32,000 bases of DNA, from positions 930,001 to 962,000 of the forward strand of contig CP066689.1 in NCBI GenBank assembly GCA_016432445.1, read 5' to 3'. This document shows, in pieces, positions 9,401-15,186 of the stretch (the first letter of the stretch is position 1; each line of letters starts with the position of its first letter). The DNA comes from Candidatus Saccharimonadota bacterium. Its GTDB lineage: Bacteria > Patescibacteriota > Microgenomatia > UBA1406 > GWC2-37-13. A program made the translations under genes and the position numbers. The notes below the pieces were generated by a model. It did not search any database. It had not been told where the DNA came from and saw only the letters and a list, made by a program, of their open reading frames with translations.

Positions 9401-10601
9401 AAACCATATCTATTCCATCAAGGACATTCCGGGTGGTCCCTCTTAAAAAAGACTCAGCGCCACATTCCCACCCCCAATCAATTGCCTTAACACAGTTTGA
9501 GAGTTGCCCCTGTTCTGCCAAATAGTTAATATTAAAAAAAACATCTCGATCCCCTATTGAATACCTCAATCCCTCAACTTCGTTCTGTCTATTACCTCCC
9601 TCAGCCCCTTTCATTGTCTCATGAATAATGTATTCATATATGGAAAGCTCGTCTTGGTAGCGCTGTCCATTGGCAAATAGCTCTTCGACAGAATTTTTAG
9701 CCAAAGTTGGATGTTTTTCTAGTAAACTGCCGCCAGTAATTAATGATTCTCGTTTTAAGGCTCTCAAAGTCTCCAGTTGAGCGTCAGATAGAGGACATTG
9801 AGCAATAATACCGATCAAACGATCGAGATTGGGATTGGCGAATTGATCGAACCCTGATGGCCAAAAAAATGTAAATTCCTTTAATTGTTCTAAACTTGCT
9901 GAAAATTGATCATCGGGGATTTGAGAAAGTTTTAAAACATCACTTACAAAATTATATCCACTTGTGTAATGAAAAGATCCGGTAAGACGCCTTATTTTAT
10001 CAAGATTATGCGCTTCCATAACCTGCGGATTCTCACCAAGAAGTTTATAAAATTGTTCGGTTTGATATTGACGAGGAATTTCTACCGAATAGTAATAAAA
10101 TGAACTTAAATCACTGCTAAGATCATAAGCCTTTATTATTTGACCATCAGGTGTAAAATACTTAAGAGTAGAAAAATTAATCACTTCTAAAAAACGTAAA
10201 ACCTTTTCTGGATTAGCTACACCCTTTTTTACTAAAGATACTATTGCATTTTTTCTTTTGTGCTCGAGTGTCGGCAATATTTGTTCCTCAATGAGCTTAT
10301 AGCGTTCCTCAAATGATGAAAACGGCTCTCCCCTTTCAACTTTTATATTTTTATCCGGATCATAAGTCCTATATTTTTTTATAAACTCATCTGCCACCTT
10401 TCGTCTGGCCACCCGCCTTTCGCCGGAATTATCTTTAATGCTAGTTAGGCCAAAAGCCTGACGCAGATCATTTATACTTAAGCCTTCACTTTTGATTTGT
10501 CCGATGCCGGCTAAAAAATCACCTTGTGCCTTGGTGGCAGAAAAATCTGCGGCTCCATTATTACTTTTTGGTCCACTATCTAAAATAGTCTTATCCACCA
10601 C
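6405..10601 (-). CDS. giant orphan protein (1398 aa), function unknown
   Basis: Longest uninterrupted ORF in a stop-rich AT-rich window. GTG start. No TM segment, signal peptide, Walker A or HExxH motif recognised. The C-terminal ~250 aa look globular (ARMVGGVCVSKDNP ... CQGLVLLHHF ... ILTASLNPSSTYLY). The last 32 nt overlap tRNA-Thr antisense. Confidence 0.75.
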   Translation of the reverse strand: MVDKTILDSGPKSNNGAADFSATKAQGDFLAGIGQIKSEGLSINDLRQAFGLTSIKDNSGERRVARRKVADEFIKKYRTYDPDKNIKVERGEPFSSFEERYKLIEEQILPTLEHKRKNAIVSLVKKGVANPEKVLRFLEVINFSTLKYFTPDGQIIKAYDLSSDLSSFYYYSVEIPRQYQTEQFYKLLGENPQVMEAHNLDKIRRLTGSFHYTSGYNFVSDVLKLSQIPDDQFSASLEQLKEFTFFWPSGFDQFANPNLDRLIGIIAQCPLSDAQLETLRALKRESLITGGSLLEKHPTLAKNSVEELFANGQRYQDELSIYEYIIHETMKGAEGGNRQNEVEGLRYSIGDRDVFFNINYLAEQGQLSNCVKAIDWGWECGAESFLRGTTRNVLDGIDMVFSKLSSSEGGEPDELEGFLKDYFKAENNDEIDTYNLGGIKIALRPGNKKAIKEALVLAARLAETPQERRKLFSKFYTYGRLDYDNIRESIELEKLPESDHQFWKFLLGHTSYDEVSAFLLNNKDKFSTYVQEAVENGQPVKQLTYAFLLEGLEYAKGLPKSSSREKSTELKFLTTFFDDDNCPNDLYNVKYLFNFFRYPSRAEEHHAMKLGETFFLNYGHEFLKGGVPNYSLLVNYLAKNNAQRLLGGDIGSGDKNIISLLSEKEQNFWNKCLSLEDKFREEALKEIGTNGGLTDQSSVWLDFFITVPQKCAWMTDEKMEPVKEFVTENIQMFLKDNKDIDFINQVVGISGSRSLDIFKGYVDCIKAGVITAEDRKIFLDFVNRFRAVSPAIIGGYKQAVESGQAEIYISRLLSISDKLIASSDISEEERKVPFFKDLVRHVYPNNSGQWGSYERVEECSDRSGDLAEFKIEPRYQIDLLSQSLVRLRQGELVDSQVLIDLQKPIYAVQRKLQEAGGDVEQLKKNLGVNIDQYFTELVKRGVFEGIDRASLSVEQNFFLILSESIYHENGIDLNLLKDLMITYEFAYFEDIAGFIQGTNDRVYGASNRDYALLCELSQFYSDKIKEVNKRLVTAGFGNPQVEEQMKKYFAMLGSSNQSQSRQEKLNRMQVKKLGMSQDFVTQVRKILEVRNNRKYSEEEVQKIIAKYEGVTHGLSEKSSSSTNLHTKKLYGMLRSQRERSFEALKLIAGKDTDPKSIHLGEINLQEALNSELQILKGEYDREEFASYTAQRFIDIFEEERGVTEGNLQKFESEKGTKREVLNAYFTKTKESANARMVGGVCVSKDNPDRGKKNLWDMSNYFQLVFQDPGNFQCQGLVLLHHFTDKNGKRILTASLNPSSTYLYSVDEGALFSGIMGVLEKFALGNNFDVVAVSKNSSIRTNRAGGEFEKAIDKRIKDVNKEYSFDEGKVFSYMPSYRLKDMDVVWSALEPEAGIEPAA

Positions 10602-10605
10602 TATT

Positions 10606-10634
10606 ATTAAATAGAAAAATTAGAGGTTAGTCAA
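10606..10634 (-). promoter_or_regulatory. sigma70-like promoter placed for a (near-)leaderless giant-ORF transcript
   Basis: On the minus strand: TTGACT (10634-10629), 17 nt, TTTAAT (10611-10606), 4 nt, GTG (10601). Confidence 0.35.
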
Positions 10635-10645
10635 GCCAGATATGT

Positions 10646-11236
10646 TTAGATTTTACTCATGGCAAAGTAGCTAACAATGGCTGCGGAGACTATCACATTT
10701 AAAGACTTATTGATTCCCCACATGGGAATTTCCACAATTTGGTCAACAAGTTCAAGCGTTTCCGGCAAAACTCCAAAAGTTTCATTACCAACAAGAAGCG
10801 CTAAAGGAGTTTGATAATTGGCCGACCTATAATCAATAGCTTTTTCACTTTGCTCCACAGCGATAATGGTTATGGGTTGTGAGTTTTGAGTTTTGAGTTT
10901 TTGTTTTGACCAAGAACCCATAACCCATAACTCAGAACTTCTTAAATCGTTAATTGCCTCTCTTGCTGTAGCTTTATATTCCCAAGATATCATCTTATAG
11001 GTGCCAATGGATGCTTTTTTGATCTTAGGATTTGGTGGAATTTCCGTCTGTCCGCATAAATAAATTTTTTCAATAGCTAAAGCATCAGCTAAACGGAAAA
11101 GACCGCCGACATTATAAGTATCATAAACATTTTCCAAAATAAAATATATTGGATGGCGTTTAATAGTTTTAAGACGCTCTTTTAGTTTTTCATCTTCCTC
11201 TTGAGCTTCCCGAAGTTCCCGAGCGGTCATTTTCAT
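10646..11236 (-). CDS. SpoU/TrmH-family RNA 2'-O-methyltransferase
   Basis: SpoU motifs YNVGGLFRLADA, LLVGNETFGV and IPMWGINKSLNVIVSAAI. The start is set at MKMTAREL (11236) because a TATAAT box lies 6 nt upstream. Confidence 0.85.
   Translation of the reverse strand: MKMTARELREAQEEDEKLKERLKTIKRHPIYFILENVYDTYNVGGLFRLADALAIEKIYLCGQTEIPPNPKIKKASIGTYKMISWEYKATAREAINDLRSSELWVMGSWSKQKLKTQNSQPITIIAVEQSEKAIDYRSANYQTPLALLVGNETFGVLPETLELVDQIVEIPMWGINKSLNVIVSAAIVSYFAMSKI
10868..10938 (-). repeat. family A palindromic repeat inserted in frame in the SpoU methyltransferase gene
   Basis: Sense-strand reading is gttctgagttatgggttatgggttcttggtcaaaacaaaaactcaaaactcaaaactcacaacccataacc, translating as SSELWVMGSWSKQKLKTQNSQPIT. 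Confidence 0.75.
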
Positions 11237-11242
11237 ATTTAT

Positions 11243-11248
11243 ATTATA
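11243..11248 (-). promoter_or_regulatory. -10 box placed for a leaderless SpoU methyltransferase transcript
   Basis: On the minus strand: TATAAT, then 6 nt (ATAAAT), then ATG at 11236. Confidence 0.35.
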
Positions 11249-11390
11249 ACAATAAATATAGTAATCACTAAGAAGCCGTGAACTCATAATTCCATATACA
11301 GATAAACCGCTTGACAGTTTCAGGAATAAAGTACTATAATATATTTATTGCTGTTTTTAATGTATACCACCCAAGGTATTAAGCCTATAG

Positions 11391-11419
11391 TTGACTTCCA
11401 AATAATCTTCAGTTATAAT
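11391..11419 (+). promoter_or_regulatory. consensus sigma70 promoter, near-leaderless
   Basis: TTGACT (11391-11396), 17 nt, TATAAT (11414-11419), then 8 nt to the ATG at 11428. Confidence 0.5.
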
Positions 11420-11427
11420 ACGATCTT

Positions 11428-12093
11428 ATGAAAGCTTTTAATATCATTCCAAATACTGTTTTAATAGCTATCTTTATTCTTTTTACGGCTGCACCAGCTT
11501 TTGCCCAATATGGACAATACGGTCAGCTTGGCTACGGCGGAGCTGCTCCCATACAAAGCATCATTATCGATAAAACTGTCGGAATACCAGGTACCCCAAC
11601 AAAAGGCGGAGTTACAACTCAGGATTTTGTCGACAATCTTTCAGCATCAGACTTCCGCTTTAAACCAGGACAAGAGGTAATGTTTCGACTAAAAGTAAAA
11701 AACACTTCATCTGTCAAGTTATCTCAAGTTCAGGTAAAAGATTTTCTTCCATCTTTTGTTGAAGCTCTTGAAGGACCAGGATCAGTAAACAACCAAACTG
11801 TTGCTTTTAATGCTGGTGATTTCAACTCAGGAGAAGAAAAAACATTCTTTATCAGAACTAGGCTCCTTGCTCAAGAGAAACTACCAGCAGATAAAGGCTT
11901 ATTTTGCCTCGTAAACAAAGCCGAAGCTGTAACTGATAATGTAAGAGACGAAGATACAGCCCAGTTTTGTGTTGAAAAAGAAGTCGTAGGAGTCGGTGCT
12001 GTACCTGCGGCCGGACCTGAAGCAGGATTAGCTCTTTTTGCCTTTGAACTTTTAGCCTTAGGCGCTGGAGTAGCTATAAAAAGACTGATATAA
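11428..12093 (+). CDS. secreted DUF11-like beta-sandwich surface protein with C-terminal sorting-signal-like tail
   Basis: Signal peptide (NTVLIAIFILFTAAPAFA), a QYGQYGQLGYGG repeat, and a DUF11-like core (MFRLKVKNTSSVKLSQVQVKDFLPSFVE). The C-terminus is PAAGPE, then a hydrophobic helix, then KRLI. Confidence 0.7.
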   Translation: MKAFNIIPNTVLIAIFILFTAAPAFAQYGQYGQLGYGGAAPIQSIIIDKTVGIPGTPTKGGVTTQDFVDNLSASDFRFKPGQEVMFRLKVKNTSSVKLSQVQVKDFLPSFVEALEGPGSVNNQTVAFNAGDFNSGEEKTFFIRTRLLAQEKLPADKGLFCLVNKAEAVTDNVRDEDTAQFCVEKEVVGVGAVPAAGPEAGLALFAFELLALGAGVAIKRLI

Positions 12094-12191
12094 CTAAAAT
12101 ATCCTTACTCTTATCCCTTATACCCACTATTTTCTAGATGTCTTAATTTTCCCCTCTTTTATCTTTTACATAGTAATAAAATTAGGACTAA

Positions 12192-12210
12192 TGTGGATTA
12201 ATGTGGATAA
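12192..12210. promoter_or_regulatory. two tandem DnaA-box-like 9-mers
   Basis: TGTGGATTA (12192-12200) has one mismatch. TGTGGATAA (12202-12210) is the exact complement of the TTATCCACA consensus. They form a 10-bp tandem TAATGTGGAT x2, about 35 nt upstream of the cassette-1 promoter. Confidence 0.3.
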
Positions 12211-12242
12211 TGACAGGAATATTGTTATGATGAAGACTATAG

Positions 12243-12271
12243 TTGAAAAATCGTATTAATTATGGTATATT
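12243..12271 (+). promoter_or_regulatory. sigma70-like promoter of GC-rich cassette 1
   Basis: TTGAAA (12243-12248), 17 nt, TGg-TATATT (-10 at 12266-12271). An ATG at 12279 would open an 18-codon leaderless mini-ORF (MKNSLNIADQLRLILVGF). Confidence 0.45.
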
Positions 12272-12386
12272 ATAGGATATGAAAAACTCATTAAACATAG
12301 CGGATCAGCTCCGCCTTATTTTAGTGGGTTTTTAAGTGACTTAAAAAGCCTTTATCAACTTGCTTGGTAATAAGCTTCAAAGTCGC

Positions 12387-12410
12387 ACTTTAACAGTTAG
12401 GGTTCAGATT
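12387..12410 (+). repeat. cassette 5' boundary box plus left arm of a 14-bp inverted repeat
   Basis: ACTTTAACAG (12387-12396) followed by TTAGGGTTCAGATT (12397-12410). The exact reverse complement lies at 13698-13711. The same box occurs at 23480-23501, with a variant at 27045-27080. Confidence 0.7.
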
Positions 12411-12432
12411 TTTAGAAATAGGAGGAAAGGAA

Positions 12433-12669
12433 GTGCAAACCGTATCGCTGCCCTTGTGGCAGTTGATGATGTATCTGCTTGGAGGAATGGTATTAGGCAT
12501 TATTCTCTATGTGGTTTTGAAGGATAGAATCATTCAAACCATTGGAAAACTGATGCGAAACCCAAAGCTCACACAGATTATCATCTTTGTAGTTGCAGTA
12601 ATCTGGTTCGCCGCCATGATTTACTCGTGGTGGATAACAGACACCTGGCCTTGGCCAATCAGGATGTAG
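12433..12669 (+). CDS. small two-TM membrane protein (GC-rich cassette 1)
   Basis: GGAGGAAAGGAA precedes the GTG start. Two hydrophobic helices (LMMYLLGGMVLGIILYVVL; IIIFVVAVIWFAAMIYSWWI) and a Trp-rich tail. No family recognised. Confidence 0.55.
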   Translation: MQTVSLPLWQLMMYLLGGMVLGIILYVVLKDRIIQTIGKLMRNPKLTQIIIFVVAVIWFAAMIYSWWITDTWPWPIRM

Positions 12670-12706
12670 GAGGAGATATCATGATCTTAACAAAAGCAAG
12701 CTTTTT

Positions 12707-12724
12707 TGACTCTAGCTAGAGTCA
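12707..12724. promoter_or_regulatory. perfect 18-bp palindrome between the two cassette-1 cistrons
   Basis: TGACTCTAG|CTAGAGTCA. Confidence 0.4.
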
Positions 12725-12783
12725 GGGAAGCTAAGCGAATAGCCGACAAGAAATCAACGATCGATCACGAAAGGAGTTCTAAA

Positions 12784-13686
12784 ATGGGTAAAGCAATTAA
12801 CCTTGCCCTACGCGTAATAGGTGCTGCAGTTGTCTTGTTTATCGCGGTCGCCCTCATCTGGGGGCCGTTAAACGACAACCTGCGGCCTACCAAAAGCTCG
12901 GCAGACGGGACAACTCCCGTTCCGACCGTAGCCTCTGTTTCGCCTACTGCTACACCGACTGCCACCAACACGCCCACGCCTGCAGCTTCCGCAACCGCTG
13001 TTCCGCCTACTACAACCCCTGCGCCCAAAGTCGCTGTACCCTGTCCGACAGACGAGGAAATGCGGCGAGCGCTTGAATTCGACCGGCTCGGCATCAAACC
13101 CGTGTTCACTGGCGAGGGAATCGTCTGGGATCCCTGTAAGTGGAATTGGCAAAGCAACGATCTTAATGCCGTTCCGATTACCCTCCCTGACGGTTGGCAA
13201 GCAACTACAACTCGCGGCAGTGATGGAGCAGTCCAGGTATGGAAAGGCCCGGCGCCAAAGATGGATGTCCGCGGCTTCACCCTCCGTTTCTTACGGCCCT
13301 ACGACAGACAGGAGTCTCGGTGGGCCCTCGACAATTGCGAACTCCTCACAAGGGAGAACGCTTTTGGCGAACGGCGTAACCCATCCTATCCAACCACTAA
13401 CGGCAATGTTTCTTGTGCTTCCAACCCACCCAAAAACTCTGGTTCCGGAAGCATCTCCAAATCCTGGCTTCGCGACAATGTCGGAGGCCGCGAGGACAAG
13501 TGGACCGAGCCTGACTGGTCTGGTGGCGCCTGGGTCTACAAGGACAAGGGAACCTTTGTCCCTATGAAATACCCTGGCTCCGGGGAGTTGACCGTTTGGA
13601 TCAGTGGTGGTCCAGTGATTATAACTTCAGCCAATGCCAGCCGACTCAATGGCCAAAGTTTCGACGAGGCTTCATTCAAGCCGTAG
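12784..13686 (+). CDS. TM-anchored protein with a Pro/Thr/Ala linker and a Cys/Trp-containing C-terminal domain (GC-rich cassette 1)
   Basis: AAGGAG lies 7 nt before the ATG at 12784, which I prefer to the track's TTG at 12706. MGKAINLALRVIGAAVVLFIAVALIW is the TM anchor. TPVPTVASVSPTATPTATNTPTPAASATAVPPTTTPAP is the linker. A ~200-aa domain of unknown family follows. Confidence 0.65.
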   Translation: MGKAINLALRVIGAAVVLFIAVALIWGPLNDNLRPTKSSADGTTPVPTVASVSPTATPTATNTPTPAASATAVPPTTTPAPKVAVPCPTDEEMRRALEFDRLGIKPVFTGEGIVWDPCKWNWQSNDLNAVPITLPDGWQATTTRGSDGAVQVWKGPAPKMDVRGFTLRFLRPYDRQESRWALDNCELLTRENAFGERRNPSYPTTNGNVSCASNPPKNSGSGSISKSWLRDNVGGREDKWTEPDWSGGAWVYKDKGTFVPMKYPGSGELTVWISGGPVIITSANASRLNGQSFDEASFKP

Positions 13687-13697
13687 CCGAACCGGCC

Positions 13698-13810
13698 AAT
13701 CTGAACCCTAATCTATCTGGGGAAGTGGAGTTGATCTCTTTCGCGATGCTTACGCATCGCAATCGCTTTACCGCGATTTAGAGTATCTTCTCCCCCTTCC
13801 CCCAGTTTTT
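13698..13810 (+). repeat. cassette 1 3' boundary: right inverted-repeat arm plus nested-hairpin trailer ending in a T-run
   Basis: AATCTGAACCCTAA (13698-13711). CTGGGGAAGTGGAG (13717-13730) pairs imperfectly with CTCCCCCTTCCCCCAG (13790-13805). This encloses GCGATGC-ttac-GCATCGC and AATCGC-tttacc-GCGATT, followed by TTTTT. It contains GCTTTACCGCGA (13765-13776), identical to 27856-27867. Confidence 0.65.
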
Positions 13811-13854
13811 ATACCCAAAATTATTTTGGTTAGAAAAACTGGAAAATAAAACTT

Positions 13855-15186
13855 ATGAGCAAATTAATAGATAAATATAATTCGCCGGATTCACTGATCA
13901 TCGTTTCTCTTTATCCTAAAAAAGGAGAAATTTACTCTGTTGAGACAAGCGGAGTGGCTTCTTACACTAAAAACGTTGTAAAAAATATTGATAAAAAATC
14001 AGTTATTTTTGCCAACTACATTAACAAAAAACAAGAAGTTTACGAAGAAGATCATTCTTTAATCTTACGCTGCTTTAAAACTAACCATCCTTTCATGTGG
14101 ATTAATCTTTTGATAAATATTTTTAAATTCAATAAGATTAAAAAAATCCTAGTTCAGTTCGATTTTGCTATATATGGTAATGTCCTTACTTCATCACTTA
14201 TACTGCTTTTTTTGGGAATTTTAAGACTTTTCGGCTACCAATCTTCAATTGTTATCCATCATGTAATTACTGATATAAATAAACTTTCTGGTCACGTAGG
14301 TTTGGGCAATGCAAGAACTGATAAAACAAAAGCTATTTTATTTAACATCTTTTTCCGATGTTTCTACCTTATATTAGGCTTCGTTGCCAATCAGATAATT
14401 GTACTCGAGGAAACCTTAAAATATAAGTTAAAATCTATCGCTCCTTATTCCAATGTCACTGCCATCTCCCATGGCGTAGATACTAATCTTTCTTCTCCTT
14501 TAAAATCTTTGGCTCGAAAGAGACTTGGAATTAAGAAAAATGAAAAAATTGTTCTTTTCTTTGGATTTATCAACTGGTTTAAAGGAGCTGATTTCTTTGT
14601 TGATGTTTTTAATAAAAAAAATAATATTCTTGATAAAAAAACTCGCTGCATCATTGCCGGAGGCATAAGCCCTACTCTTAAAAACAAAGGTTATTATCAA
14701 AAATATTTTGCCAAAGTGATAAGTTCAATCAGTACTTCACCAAAGATTGAGATTACAGGCTGCGTTCCCCAAAGGAAAATCGGTTATTACTTTGCTGCCG
14801 CTGACGTGGTTGTGTTTCCTTACCGTCATTTTATGACTGCCTCAGGCGTACTTTCCTTAGTCTTTTCTTACAAAAAACCGTTTATTGTCTCCAACGAACT
14901 TTCAGAGATGTTTAATGCTTTTGATCTTCAAAATGCCCTTCAGTTATCAGGATTAGAACAAAAAGATTATATTTTTAAGCTTAACAAACAATCCCTTCTA
15001 GTTAAACTTAAAAAAGTCTTAGACAATGGCGTTAAAAAAAAGATGATTCGCATGGCTGAGATTGTCAGAGAAAAACGCTCTTATAAAAATACTGCTTTAT
15101 TGTATGAACAAGCTATCTTTAACCCTAATTCATATAGATTAAAAGACAAGCTTCTTTTTTCTTATAATAAGTTGTATGAAAGATAA
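13855..15186 (+). CDS. GT-B fold glycosyltransferase, family 4-like
   Basis: The C-terminal half has the Glycos_transf_1 layout (KIVLFFGFINWFKGADFFVD ... AADVVVFPYRHFMTASGVLSLVFSYKKPFIVS). First gene of an overlapping three-gene unit. Confidence 0.8.
   Translation: MSKLIDKYNSPDSLIIVSLYPKKGEIYSVETSGVASYTKNVVKNIDKKSVIFANYINKKQEVYEEDHSLILRCFKTNHPFMWINLLINIFKFNKIKKILVQFDFAIYGNVLTSSLILLFLGILRLFGYQSSIVIHHVITDINKLSGHVGLGNARTDKTKAILFNIFFRCFYLILGFVANQIIVLEETLKYKLKSIAPYSNVTAISHGVDTNLSSPLKSLARKRLGIKKNEKIVLFFGFINWFKGADFFVDVFNKKNNILDKKTRCIIAGGISPTLKNKGYYQKYFAKVISSISTSPKIEITGCVPQRKIGYYFAAADVVVFPYRHFMTASGVLSLVFSYKKPFIVSNELSEMFNAFDLQNALQLSGLEQKDYIFKLNKQSLLVKLKKVLDNGVKKKMIRMAEIVREKRSYKNTALLYEQAIFNPNSYRLKDKLLFSYNKLYER

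Noticed and set aside
12397-13711. GC-rich islands as large structured non-coding RNAs rather than genes, since GC islands in AT-rich genomes often are RNAs
   Set aside because: The preferred frames have SD sites, a lipobox, TM anchors and a CxxC pair, which favours coding. RNA-level roles for the boundary boxes remain possible and are kept as a hypothesis.
12765-13781. Four additional ORFs in other frames or on the other strand of cassette 1 (171, 110, 164 and 61 aa)
   Set aside because: High GC removes stop codons in all frames. Their translations are Arg/Gly/Pro/Ser-rich low-complexity strings. Only the 12784-13686 frame has an SD, a TM anchor and a plausible domain layout.
12387-13811. 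Integron gene cassette with an attC site
   Set aside because: There is no intI and the cassettes are dispersed rather than arrayed. GTTAGGG and ACCCTAA do not fit the GTTRRRY and RYYYAAC cores. Each unit also has its own promoter, which is atypical for integron cassettes.
12118-13817. GC-rich segments as assembly chimeras or contamination
   Set aside because: All three are embedded in continuous AT-rich sequence, with host-like promoters and shared boundary motifs. This is hard to obtain by mis-assembly, but it cannot be excluded without read mapping.
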